Notes under the pieces: generated by a model
The model's input: the letters and a program-made list of their open reading frames with translations, nothing else
Databases searched by the model: none
Told to the model about the DNA's origin: nothing
In this document: positions 19,910 through 29,426 of the stretch, one piece after another
Numbering within the stretch: the stretch's first letter is position 1
Layout: the number at the start of each line of letters is the position of its first letter
From: an uncultured Acidobacteriota bacterium
Lineage (GTDB): Bacteria; Acidobacteriota; Terriglobia; Acidiferrales; UBA7541
Assembly (NCBI GenBank): GCA_963723845.1
Contig: CAVRSO010000105.1
Span: forward strand, 57,307 to 121,306
Reading direction: 5' to 3'
Length of the DNA stretch: 64,000 bases
Translations under genes and position numbers: made by a program

Positions 19910-20626
19910 ATGACAATGGCGAAAACGAGCACCGAAGGGATTTTCCAGACTGTCTTGATGAACTATTTGATTTCACAGGCGCGCACGGTGGAAGGTTCCG
20001 TCAACCGGGCCCTGGAGGCTGTGCTGAGCAGGAATGAGCGGCTGGCCAGCGAAGTTTTTCTCACCGAGCCGCGCATCAACGAAATGGAAATGGTCATCGA
20101 TGAACATGCCATTCGCATGCTTCGCCAACCAGACCTGCTCGAGGCGGATATTCGCTTGATCGTCGCCACGATCAAAATCAACAATGACCTGGAACGCGTG
20201 GGCGATCTGGCCGTGAATCTGGCAGAGCGCACGATCTCTCTTTCTACAATGGAAGAGGCGCAAGCGCCCGCCGAACTCGGGCCGATGACCGCGGCGGTCC
20301 GCGCCATGATTTCGAAATGTCTGGGGGCGCTGATTTACGAAAACGTCGATCTGGCCACGCAAGTGCTAGAGAGCGACGATACCGTCGATCAATATCGCGA
20401 TCGGCTTTTTGAAGCGCTCCTGTCAGGTATCTCCGAGGATTCAACGCAGGCGGCTCCCAATCTTCAATTCGTTTTGGCCTCTCGCCATCTCGAGCGCATT
20501 GCCGACCATGCCACCAATATCGCGGAGGACATTCTCTTCTGGGTGCGTGGAATCGAAGTGCGGCATGGGCGGGCAAGAAAGATGGGCCTCGAGGCTGCCG
20601 CCGTCACCGAGCGCGCCCGGCCTTAG
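19910..20626 (+). CDS. PhoU-family protein (paralog 1, downstream of phoR)
   Basis: Two PhoU repeats (NNDLERVGDLAVNLAE and SRHLERIADHATNIAEDI). The ATG at 19910 follows a GGGGAG SD and is preferred over 19841. Confidence 0.8.
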   Translation: MTMAKTSTEGIFQTVLMNYLISQARTVEGSVNRALEAVLSRNERLASEVFLTEPRINEMEMVIDEHAIRMLRQPDLLEADIRLIVATIKINNDLERVGDLAVNLAERTISLSTMEEAQAPAELGPMTAAVRAMISKCLGALIYENVDLATQVLESDDTVDQYRDRLFEALLSGISEDSTQAAPNLQFVLASRHLERIADHATNIAEDILFWVRGIEVRHGRARKMGLEAAAVTERARP

Positions 20627-20936
20627 TCATGAAGTTTTCATAGCCGGGTTATCGGCAATTCACGGGTCGCGCCGATACTCCTGCACCAGTTTCGGATCGG
20701 CGGCCCGTCATTTCGTCTACCCGCGGACAGCCTGCAAGTGGCAACGGACAACTTTGGCTAGAGCAATCTGAGAGGCGATCTCGCGTGCTCAGTAACCACA
20801 AGTTCTTGCGCCCACACCCAACGCAAGAAGTAGTACTCCACGTAACGCCCCCGAGGGAGGCGCGGAGAGGTCCCCCCAATCCGCGCTTCCCACTGCCTTT
20901 AGAGTTCGTAGCCGATTTCATCTCGTATTCTCGGCG

Positions 20937-20971
20937 ATGTAACGCGGTTGTAACAACTCAGAAAAGATAAT
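20937..20971 (+). promoter_or_regulatory. Putative Pho box (direct repeat with 11-bp period) plus -10 element upstream of pstS
   Basis: ATGTAAC GCGG TTGTAAC (20937-20954). GATAAT (20966-20971) lies 11 nt downstream. The geometry matches E. coli PhoB-dependent promoters, where the box replaces the -35. Confidence 0.35.
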
Positions 20972-20993
20972 GATGCGAGGAGAGCTCCCACCC

Positions 20994-22019
20994 ATGAGAA
21001 AAACAGTACTTTCGATATTGCTTCTGCTTGGTTTAGCGGTCGCGGTCAGCGCACAGCCGCCAGATAGCACCGTGCTCCTCAATGCCGCGGGCGCCACCTT
21101 TCCGTATCCAATCTACTCGAAGTGGTTTAACGTCTATCACAACGAGCACCCCAACCTGCAGATTAACTACCAATCGATCGGTTCGGGGGGCGGTATTCGG
21201 CAGCTTCTGGCGGGTACAGTGGATTTCGGCGCGTCGGATGGCCCGATGACCGACGAACAGCTTGCGCAAGCCAAGATCAAGGTCCTGCATTTCCCCACAG
21301 TGCTTGGTGCCGATGTACCGAGCTACAATCTACCTGGCCTAAGCGCGGAACTAAATTTTACACAGAAAGCTTTGGCGGGAATCTATCTGGGTAAAATTAC
21401 GAAGTGGAACGACCCGGAAATCGCTAACGCAAATCCGGGCGTGAAACTTCCCAGCGACGATATCGTTGTCGTCCATCGATCCGATGGGAGCGGAACAACA
21501 TATATCTGGACCGACTTCCTTTCCAAGGCAAGCGAAGAGTGGAAGGATAAGATCGGCAAGGGTACGTCGGTTAACTGGCCGGTCGGCCTCGGTGGCAAAG
21601 GGAATGAAGGAGTTTCAGGGCTGGTGAAACAAACGCCGGACTCCATCGGGTATATCGAGTTGATTTACGCGGTCCAGAACAATATTCCCTTTGGCAAGGT
21701 GCAGAATGCGGCGGGTAAATTCCTTAAGGCAGATCTCGCCGGCGTTACAGCTGCGGCGGCGGGCGCTGCAAAGGACATGCCTGCGGACTTTCGCGTGTCT
21801 ATTACCAACGCTCCCGGACCCACGGCTTATCCGATTTCAAGCTTTACGTGGCTCCTGATTCCGGCTCAGATTCAAGATGCGACGAAGCGTGACGCCATCA
21901 AAGGTTTCCTCAAATGGATGGTGACGGATGGGCAGGGCTACAATGAGGGTCTGTCCTATGCCAAACTTCCAAAACCGGTTGTAGCGAAAGAGCTGAAGGC
22001 AATCTCGTTGATTCAATAG
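20994..22019 (+). CDS. pstS: Phosphate ABC transporter substrate-binding protein
   Basis: Signal peptide MRKTVLSILLLLGLAVAVSAQ, then GATFPYPIYSKW and SIGSGGGIRQ. The ATG at 20994 has a GAGGAGAG SD. The ORF-track start at 20970 would overlap the predicted -10. Confidence 0.85.
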   Translation: MRKTVLSILLLLGLAVAVSAQPPDSTVLLNAAGATFPYPIYSKWFNVYHNEHPNLQINYQSIGSGGGIRQLLAGTVDFGASDGPMTDEQLAQAKIKVLHFPTVLGADVPSYNLPGLSAELNFTQKALAGIYLGKITKWNDPEIANANPGVKLPSDDIVVVHRSDGSGTTYIWTDFLSKASEEWKDKIGKGTSVNWPVGLGGKGNEGVSGLVKQTPDSIGYIELIYAVQNNIPFGKVQNAAGKFLKADLAGVTAAAAGAAKDMPADFRVSITNAPGPTAYPISSFTWLLIPAQIQDATKRDAIKGFLKWMVTDGQGYNEGLSYAKLPKPVVAKELKAISLIQ

Positions 22020-22020
22020 C

Positions 22021-23004
22021 GTGTCCACGGCCACCACCATCGAGCGCGCGGTCCCGCCGCCAAAGGCTGGACCGCGTGCGTTCCTCCGCCGGCTTGCTAT
22101 GGGCGACGAGATCGCTCACCTCATCACTCTGATCTTTGCCTTTTCAGTCATCCTCATCACTTCGCTTCTCGTTTATCAGCTCTGGCTCAATTCCGCTGCC
22201 TCCCGCCATGAGTTCGGATGGCACTTCTGGACCTCGCGCACGTGGGATCCCGTGTTCGAACACTTTGGAGCCGCACCGTTCATTTACGGCACACTGGTCA
22301 CTTCGGCCATATCTCTCATTATCGCTGTGCCCCTGGGCTTGGCCGCGGCGGTTTTTCTTTCCGAACTTGCTCCGCGCAGCATCTCGGACACCATATCGTT
22401 TCTCATTGACTTGCTTGCGGCCGTTCCGAGCGTAATCTTTGGGCTCCTGGGAATTTTTATCGTCGTGCCGATGATGCGGACAACGATCGGCCCGGTACTT
22501 AAACACACCCTCGGATTCCTGCCGCTGTTTCAGGGACCGAACTATGGCGTCGGATTTTTGACCGCCGGGATTGTCCTGGCCATCATGGTGGTGCCCTTTA
22601 TCATTTCAGTATCGCGGGAAGTCCTGCTCACCGTTCCGCGCGATCAGCGAGAAGCCGCCTTGGCGCTCGGCGCCACTCGCTGGGAATCCACTTGGAAGGT
22701 CGTCGTTCCCTGGGCCCGCAGTGGGATCAGCGGATCGGTGTTCCTCGCGCTGGCTCGTGCGGTCGGCGAGACCATGGCGGTCACCATGGTGATTGGAAAT
22801 GATCCCAAGATCGTTACATCGCTCTTAGCCCCCGGCTACACCATCGCCGCTGTGATTGCCAACGAATTCACCGAGGCTACCGGCAAAATGTATTTGAACG
22901 CGCTGATCGAGCTTGGCCTCGTACTCTTTATGATTACGCTTATATTAAATGGCTTGGCGCGCCTACTCATTATCGCCACGGAGCGCGGAGGGGGACACCC
23001 GTGA
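22021..23004 (+). CDS. pstC: Phosphate ABC transporter permease PstC
   Basis: Multi-TM protein with an EAA-type loop REAALALGATRWE. GTG start 1 nt after the pstS stop. Confidence 0.85.
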   Translation: MSTATTIERAVPPPKAGPRAFLRRLAMGDEIAHLITLIFAFSVILITSLLVYQLWLNSAASRHEFGWHFWTSRTWDPVFEHFGAAPFIYGTLVTSAISLIIAVPLGLAAAVFLSELAPRSISDTISFLIDLLAAVPSVIFGLLGIFIVVPMMRTTIGPVLKHTLGFLPLFQGPNYGVGFLTAGIVLAIMVVPFIISVSREVLLTVPRDQREAALALGATRWESTWKVVVPWARSGISGSVFLALARAVGETMAVTMVIGNDPKIVTSLLAPGYTIAAVIANEFTEATGKMYLNALIELGLVLFMITLILNGLARLLIIATERGGGHP

Positions 23005-23855
23005 GTCGCGCGCACCTGCTTTGGCGAAAATCGTTGAACGCCGTGATGCTCACGCTAACCGGCGTCGCCGCCTTTTCCGTGGTTTCCGTGTTGTTTCTCA
23101 TCCTTGGCTACTTGATCTATAACGGCGGAAAATCACTGAACTGGGCCTTCTTCACGCAACTTCCGAAGCCTGTCGGTGAGACGGGCGGTGGCATGGCCAA
23201 CGCCATCGTGGGAAGCCTGAAGCTTCTGCTCCTCGCTGCCATTATGGGCTTGCCGGTGGGCCTCATGGCTGGCATCTATCTGGCGGAATTCGGCGGTCGC
23301 ACCTTCGGTTTCCTCGTGCGGTACACTACGGACTTGCTCAACGGCGTGCCCTCAATCGTCATGGGCATCTTTGCTTATTCGCTGGTGGTGATTCCGATGC
23401 GCCATTTCTCGACGCTGGCCGGCGGCGTCGCCCTCGGTATAATGGTCATTCCCATCACGCTGCGCAGCACCGAGGAGTTCTTGCGTTCCGTTCCTGGTAG
23501 CCTGCGCGAAGGGGCGATGGCCCTTGGCGCGAGCAAGTGGAAGACAATTGCAACGGTCATCCTTCCGGCCGCGCGCGCCGGTATCGTCACCGGGATGTTG
23601 CTGGCTCTGGCCCGCGTTGCTGGTGAAACCGCGCCGCTGTTGTTCACGGCGTTTGGCAACCAATTCTGGAGCCCCGGCTGGAACCAGCCTACTTCCTCGC
23701 TACCCGTGATGGTCTATACCTACGCGATTTCGCCATACGACGATTGGCATCGTCAGGCATGGGCGGCCGGACTTATTCTTTTGGGCTTGGTGCTCGTAGC
23801 GAACGTCGGTACCCGCCTAGTCGTGAGTCGCGGGGGAGCTTCTAGGGGTGCATGA
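23001..23855 (+). CDS. pstA: Phosphate ABC transporter permease PstA
   Basis: Multi-TM protein with the loop [14 protein letters not shown]. 4-nt overlap with pstC. Confidence 0.85.
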   Translation: MSRAHLLWRKSLNAVMLTLTGVAAFSVVSVLFLILGYLIYNGGKSLNWAFFTQLPKPVGETGGGMANAIVGSLKLLLLAAIMGLPVGLMAGIYLAEFGGRTFGFLVRYTTDLLNGVPSIVMGIFAYSLVVIPMRHFSTLAGGVALGIMVIPITLRSTEEFLRSVPGSLREGAMALGASKWKTIATVILPAARAGIVTGMLLALARVAGETAPLLFTAFGNQFWSPGWNQPTSSLPVMVYTYAISPYDDWHRQAWAAGLILLGLVLVANVGTRLVVSRGGASRGA

Positions 23856-24690
23856 CATGGCTTCTGCCGCACAGGGACATAACGCCACGCGCCTCACACC
23901 TCAGGTGCGCGTGACGGATCACTCTTCCACTGCCTCGACCAAGGAGGAGCGGGTGCGCTTTCAAATTTCCAATCTCGATTTCTTCTATGGCGCGAAGCAG
24001 GCGGTCTTCGGTGTCAATCTGAAAATTCCCGCCAACAAAGTCACCGCGCTGATCGGACCGTCCGGCTGCGGCAAATCCACGTTCCTGCGGACCCTGAATC
24101 GCATGAACGATACGATTCGCCACAGCCGCTACTCCGGCGAAATTCTCCTCGATGGCCAGGATATTCGGCAAATGGACGTTGTGAAACTGCGCCGCCGCGT
24201 GGGAATGGTTTTCCAAAGGCCCAATCCCTTTCCGAAATCGATTTTTGACAACGTCGCGTATGGACTGCGAATTAACGGCTACTCTGGGAATCTCCGCGAT
24301 CTCGTTGAGCACAGCCTGCAGCGAGCGGCTTTGTGGGACGAGGTGAAAGATTACCTTCATAAATCGGCGTTTGCGCTTTCCGGCGGCCAGCAGCAGCGGC
24401 TCTGCATCGCGCGAGCTTTGGCTGTCGATCCGGAAGTTTTGCTCCTGGATGAGCCTTGCTCGGCGCTCGATCCTGTAACCACCGCCAAGATCGAAGAGCT
24501 GATGTTTCAACTAAAAGATAGTTGCACGATGGCCATCGTTACCCACAACATGCAGCAAGCCGCCCGGGCCAGCGATTTCACTGCGTTCATGCTCGATGGA
24601 AAACTTATCGAGCATTCGGAAACACCGAAGCTGTTTACCACCCCCCAGGACCCACGCACGGAAGCATACATCACGGGCCGCTTCGGGTGA
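23848..24690 (+). CDS. pstB: Phosphate ABC transporter ATP-binding protein
   Basis: Walker [10 protein letters not shown], signature LSGGQQQRL, Walker B LLLDEP. Confidence 0.9.
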   Translation: MHDMASAAQGHNATRLTPQVRVTDHSSTASTKEERVRFQISNLDFFYGAKQAVFGVNLKIPANKVTALIGPSGCGKSTFLRTLNRMNDTIRHSRYSGEILLDGQDIRQMDVVKLRRRVGMVFQRPNPFPKSIFDNVAYGLRINGYSGNLRDLVEHSLQRAALWDEVKDYLHKSAFALSGGQQQRLCIARALAVDPEVLLLDEPCSALDPVTTAKIEELMFQLKDSCTMAIVTHNMQQAARASDFTAFMLDGKLIEHSETPKLFTTPQDPRTEAYITGRFG

Positions 24691-24737
24691 TTCCCGTCGA
24701 ATGTTTGAGTTGGCTGTGAGAAAGGTGCCGAGTAACT

Positions 24738-25403
24738 ATGGAACGCCATTGGGAACACGATCTTGAGGAATTGAAGCAGCGGCTGCTGTGGATGGGCAGT
24801 CTTTCTGAGCGCGCCGTCCATCAAGCTGTCCACGCCGTGTTGGACGCGGACGAGCAATTGGCGGAAGCGGTCCTCTCCGAGGAAGACGCGATCAATGAAA
24901 TGCAGATCGAAATCGACGAGCGCGTTCAGCGCCTGCTCGCATTGCAGGCGCCCATGGCGGCCGATTTGCGTTTCCTGCTGGCCGTTTCGCGGATCAATGG
25001 CGATCTGGAGCGCATCGGCGACCAGGCCGTGAACATCGCCCAATCGGCGATGCGTGTGATGCGCCATCCGCAGGTGAAACCTTATGTCGACCTGCCGCGG
25101 ATGAGCGAACTGGCCGAAGGGATGGTCCGCGATAGCCTCAACGCAGTCGTCCACGGCGACCAGGAACTGGCCCGCAGCGTTCTGCAACGCGACGACCAGG
25201 TCGATCGATTGCGCGATCAGATCTTCCGCGAACTCCTCACCTATATGATGGAGGATTCCTCGGTGGTCTTCTCCGCGTTCGAACTAATCCTCGTGGCGAA
25301 GAACCTGGAACGTATTGGCGACCATGCCACCAATATCGCCGAGGACGTGATTTACTTCGTGGCTGGGCGGGATGTTCGCCACCCCGCCCTGGACCGCCGC
25401 TGA
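24738..25403 (+). CDS. phoU: Phosphate signalling protein PhoU (paralog 2, canonical position after pstB)
   Basis: Two PhoU repeats (NGDLERIGDQAVNIA and AKNLERIGDHATNIAEDV). Confidence 0.85.
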   Translation: MERHWEHDLEELKQRLLWMGSLSERAVHQAVHAVLDADEQLAEAVLSEEDAINEMQIEIDERVQRLLALQAPMAADLRFLLAVSRINGDLERIGDQAVNIAQSAMRVMRHPQVKPYVDLPRMSELAEGMVRDSLNAVVHGDQELARSVLQRDDQVDRLRDQIFRELLTYMMEDSSVVFSAFELILVAKNLERIGDHATNIAEDVIYFVAGRDVRHPALDRR

Positions 25404-25440
25404 TACGCTAGTAAATGATCGCAGCGCCTTTCCCGGTGTG

Positions 25441-26550
25441 CTAGCTGGCGCTTGCTTTCTTCTCGGTTGGTGGCGCGATCGCGCCCTCATACAGGTAACC
25501 GCGTCTCCATTCCCGCACGGTAACACCGCCGCTAACTCGGCTCTGCATGAAAGGCTCGTAGAAGTTGTAAGGGTGAACCGGCTCGGGCGCGCCGACTTCG
25601 CTGAGCCGCTTGCGTAATTCCGCAGGGATGCTGAAGTCGAGAGAACCGAGATTGTCGGCAAGTTGCGCCGTTTTCGTAGCGCCAAGAATGATCGAGGTGA
25701 CTCCCGGCTGCGTGGCGAGCCAATTGAGCGCGACCTGCGCGGGGCTCCTTCCGACCTGTTTCGCTACTTCGAGTAGTGCATCGAGGACACGCCAATTGTG
25801 CTCGGTAAATTTATTGAAGATGGGATTGGGCATCGTGAGGCGCCCTTCGCCTTTGCCGCCGCTTCCTTCTCTCTTGTATTTGCCGCTGAGAAGGCCACCG
25901 GCCAGTGGGCTCCAGGGGCAGAGGCCGATCCCGAGTTCCTGCGCGGCCGGAATGTGTTCGCGCTCGATATTGCGTTCGGCAAGGGAGTATTCAAGCTGCA
26001 GAGTGGCGACGCGCTCGAGCCCTCCTTTTTCGGCGAGGGTCTGCGCGCGGGTGAAATACCACGCCGGCGTGTCCGATAGGCCGATGTAGCGAATTTTTCC
26101 TTCGTGGACGAGATCGGTAAGCGTCGAGATGACTTCTTCGACGGGAGTGATCAAATCCCACGAGTGCAGGTAATAGAGGTCAATGAAGTCCGTCTTGAGG
26201 CGGCGGAGGGAGCTTTCGAGGGCACGGTAGATATTTTTGCGGCTGTTGCCGCCCGCGTTGGGATTGCCCGGCTCCACGCCGAAAGTGAATTTCGTGGCGA
26301 TGACGGTGCGGTCGCGAAGCTTGCGCTCGGCGACATATTTCCCGACGATCTCTTCGCTCTGGCCCATCTGGTAGCCGTCGGCGGTGTCGATGAAATTACC
26401 TCCGCCCTCGAGGTAGAGATTCAGCATTTCGAATGAAAGCTTTTCATCGGCGCCCCATCCCCAACCTGTCCCAAAACCCATGGCGCCGAGGCAGAGAGGG
26501 CTGATGCGCAACCCCGTACGTCCCAACGTGGTGTACTCGTTCAATTTCAT
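25441..26550 (-). CDS. Aldo/keto reductase family oxidoreductase
   Basis: LGRTGLRISPLCLGAMGFG, GGNFIDTADGY and IDLYYLHSWD motifs. GGAGG SD before the ATG. Confidence 0.85.
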   Translation of the reverse strand: MKLNEYTTLGRTGLRISPLCLGAMGFGTGWGWGADEKLSFEMLNLYLEGGGNFIDTADGYQMGQSEEIVGKYVAERKLRDRTVIATKFTFGVEPGNPNAGGNSRKNIYRALESSLRRLKTDFIDLYYLHSWDLITPVEEVISTLTDLVHEGKIRYIGLSDTPAWYFTRAQTLAEKGGLERVATLQLEYSLAERNIEREHIPAAQELGIGLCPWSPLAGGLLSGKYKREGSGGKGEGRLTMPNPIFNKFTEHNWRVLDALLEVAKQVGRSPAQVALNWLATQPGVTSIILGATKTAQLADNLGSLDFSIPAELRKRLSEVGAPEPVHPYNFYEPFMQSRVSGGVTVREWRRGYLYEGAIAPPTEKKASAS

Positions 26551-27223
26551 GTAGTTCCTCCAGTGAAGCTATCCGATGTGGTTTGATCTGAGTTGGACTC
26601 GCGAACGGAGGGAGAAAAAGCCCCCTTCGAAGCGTGACGAGTAGACCGACCTCGGATCCTTTGTTTTCTGTAAGTTACGCTACATTCTACTCGTCTTGTG
26701 TTGCGATTAGAAACGCGGTCGTGTGCGAGATCACACTCTGTGCCAGGGTCATCGCCGGCATGAGGTGGACGCACGGCAATAGGGCGCAGCTTCCGCGGGC
26801 CAGCCCGAGAGCCGTCTGCAGCACCGATCTCGTTCGCGTTCTTCACGCGTCCATCTTAGTAGCAAGCGAGACCCAGTGCAAGGACGAGGTGCTGTGGACT
26901 TTTGGGGGGTGCCTGTCCGCAATTCGTGAGGCGGCGAATATGCCGCGAATTCAAAGAGACGGTACGTTCGTACGGGTCGAATTAAACCAAGCGGCCTATC
27001 GACCACGACTGGGTTCGCCCGCAGAATGATTGAGAATTCGGAGCCACCCCCGGCACCGGGTTCTGCACCTTCATCACCATGCCCCAGGGCGGCCGGTCCC
27101 CCACCGGCCGCTCCCCCCTCTTTCGACGAATCTCGGCGTTCCAAATCACTCCCTATCCAGCGTCAACTGAAGACAAGCGAGGCCGTTTGACGACTACTCG
27201 AACTGTGCTAATTTCGCTGCCTC

Positions 27224-27853
27224 ATGAAAAGGCGCATTGGCGTTCTGCTCTCGGGGCGTGGATCGAATTTCGAAGCGCTGGCGGCAAGCGCAGTGGCAGG
27301 ACGCATTCCCAACGCCGAGATCGCGATCGCAGTGAGCAATCGCGAAGATGCCCCCGGAATTGAGAAGGCGCGTGGGCTGGGAATCGAAGCGCGGGCGATT
27401 GCCTCAAAGGGGTTGGAACGGGAGGCATACGACAGGCTGGTGGCAGCGGCGCTCCACGAGAAAAACGTGGACCTTGTTTGCCTCGCTGGGTACATGCGTC
27501 TGCTTTCCCCCTATTTCGTGGCGGAATTTCGCAATCGAATCCTGAATATTCATCCTTCCTTGCTTCCGGCTTTCCCAGGACTCGAACCCCAGAGACAGGC
27601 GCTCGAACATGGCGTGAAATTCTCGGGCTGCACGGTGCACTTCGTGGACGAAAATCTGGACGCAGGACCGATCATCATGCAGGCGGTTGTGCCTGTCGAA
27701 GATAAGGATACGCCCGAAACGCTCGCCAAGCGGATTCTGCGGGAAGAGCACCGTATCTATACGGAGGCTGTGCGCATGGTGCTCGAAGGGCGATGTCGCA
27801 TCGTGGGCCGCCGCGTCTTGGCCGACGACGGGAAAGGGCCTGGGGGGAAATAG
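27224..27853 (+). CDS. purN: Phosphoribosylglycinamide formyltransferase
   Basis: GVLLSGRGSNFEAL, NIHPSLLPAF and GCTVHFVDENLDAGPII. Confidence 0.85.
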   Translation: MKRRIGVLLSGRGSNFEALAASAVAGRIPNAEIAIAVSNREDAPGIEKARGLGIEARAIASKGLEREAYDRLVAAALHEKNVDLVCLAGYMRLLSPYFVAEFRNRILNIHPSLLPAFPGLEPQRQALEHGVKFSGCTVHFVDENLDAGPIIMQAVVPVEDKDTPETLAKRILREEHRIYTEAVRMVLEGRCRIVGRRVLADDGKGPGGK

Positions 27854-29086
27854 GTGGCGTCCACGAAATTCAAGCCGGTCGAGGAACAGCTCGCGTACAT
27901 AAAAAAGGGCGCAGCGGAAATTATCCGCGAGGAAGAGCTGAAAGCGAAGCTCGACCAGTCCGTCAAGTCGGGTAAACCGTTACGCGTATACCTGGGCGTG
28001 GACCCAACCGCGCCCGACATCCATCTCGGTCATACGGTAGTCCTGCGAAAGCTGAAGCATTTTCAGGACATGGGCCACACGGCGATTTTTCTGATTGGCG
28101 ACTTTTCCGCGATGATCGGCGACCCAACCGGGCAATCGGAAACACGTCCGCCCTTGACGCGAGAGCAGGTGGACGCAAACGCGAAAACCTATCTCGATCA
28201 AGTCTACAAAATCCTCGACCGCGAAAAGACGGAGGTCCGATTCAACAGCGAATGGCTCGCCAAAATGACGAGCTACGATACGGTGCGGCTATGCGGCCAC
28301 TACCGATTGGCGCGAATGCTCGAGCGCGAGGATTTTCGTTCACGCCTGGAAAAGAACCAGCCAATTTCCGTTCACGAGTTGTTGTATCCGCTGCTGACCG
28401 CCTACGACGCGGTGGCGCTGCAATCGGACGTGGAGCTGGGTGCCACGGAGCAGAAGTTCAATCTGTTGGTACACCGCGAAATACAGCGCGAATACGGACA
28501 GGCATCGCAAGCCGTGCTGACCATGCCGATTTTGGTGGGCCTGGATGGCGAGCGCAAAATGTCCAAGAGCCTCGGGAACTATGTGGGAATTACCGAGGCG
28601 CCGGGGGAAATGTTCGGGAAGCTGATGTCTATTTCAGACGAGTTGATGTGGTCGTATTACGAGCTGCTGACTGATTTTCCTCCACCTGTGATCGCGCGCC
28701 TCCGGGAGGAGGTTCGCACCGGCGTGCTGCATCCAATGGACGCGAAGATGCAGCTGGCGCACACCGTGATCGCCGGCTTCCACGGAGAGGAATCTGCCAA
28801 GAAAGCATCCAATGAATTCCAGCGGGTTTTTCGTGAGCGCCAGGCACCTGATGAGGCGCCACGGCATGCGATTCCACAGGGCGCGCCAAGGCGTCTTTCT
28901 GGGTTACTTGTCGATCTCAAGCTAGCATCGTCCCGTAGCGAGGCAGAGCGGCTTATGAAACAAGGCGGCGTGGAACTGGACGGCGTGCGTGTGGACGATG
29001 TGAAGCGAGAGATTGACCTCTCGAAGCCTGGAGAGTATCTCGTTCGGGCCGGTAAGAAAAAGTTTCTGCGCTTGGTGATCGAGTAG
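27854..29086 (+). CDS. tyrS: Tyrosine--tRNA ligase
   Basis: HIGH-type PDIHLGHTV, exact KMSKS, and a C-terminal S4-like domain. GTG start directly after the purN stop. Confidence 0.9.
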   Translation: MASTKFKPVEEQLAYIKKGAAEIIREEELKAKLDQSVKSGKPLRVYLGVDPTAPDIHLGHTVVLRKLKHFQDMGHTAIFLIGDFSAMIGDPTGQSETRPPLTREQVDANAKTYLDQVYKILDREKTEVRFNSEWLAKMTSYDTVRLCGHYRLARMLEREDFRSRLEKNQPISVHELLYPLLTAYDAVALQSDVELGATEQKFNLLVHREIQREYGQASQAVLTMPILVGLDGERKMSKSLGNYVGITEAPGEMFGKLMSISDELMWSYYELLTDFPPPVIARLREEVRTGVLHPMDAKMQLAHTVIAGFHGEESAKKASNEFQRVFRERQAPDEAPRHAIPQGAPRRLSGLLVDLKLASSRSEAERLMKQGGVELDGVRVDDVKREIDLSKPGEYLVRAGKKKFLRLVIE

Positions 29087-29114
29087 GCTAGGTTTGCTGC
29101 GCCGCTAAATTTAC

Positions 29115-29147
29115 GAAGCTTTCCCGAAAGGGGAAAACTTCTTTATC
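29115..29147 (+). terminator. Candidate intrinsic terminator after tyrS
   Basis: GAAGCTTTCCC / GGGAAAACTTC hairpin (10 bp, one mismatch) followed by TTTAT. Confidence 0.4.
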
Positions 29148-29426
29148 TCGAGGACGAATTCAAAATCCACGAGAGGTATCAGAACTTCCGTACTACTTTC
29201 CGATAAACTCCCAAATGACGGATGCGTTTTCCGTAAATACGGAGAATAATCCGCGCCATGTGTCCGAAAAATGTCGTTCCAACCTCAGACGTGAAGAAAA
29301 GACTCTCCATCGACCTAACAGAACTACTTCGTCATTACTGGCATAGGAATTGCTTTATTAGAGGCAGCGAGCCTCATTGACCGAGGGCAGCAGCTAGGCC
29401 AGTTTTAGCGGAATCGGGGATATTGG

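Noticed and set aside
26551-27223. Possible RNase P RNA, tmRNA or tRNA in the large AKR-purN gap
   Set aside because: Fragments resembling AAAGUCC and CAGAACCCGG occur on the minus strand, but in the wrong 5'-3' order for RNase P. I found no tmRNA tag-reading frame, no acceptor/T-arm ending, and no tRNA T-loop (GTTCGAATC-type). The region is kept only as an unexplained structured region.
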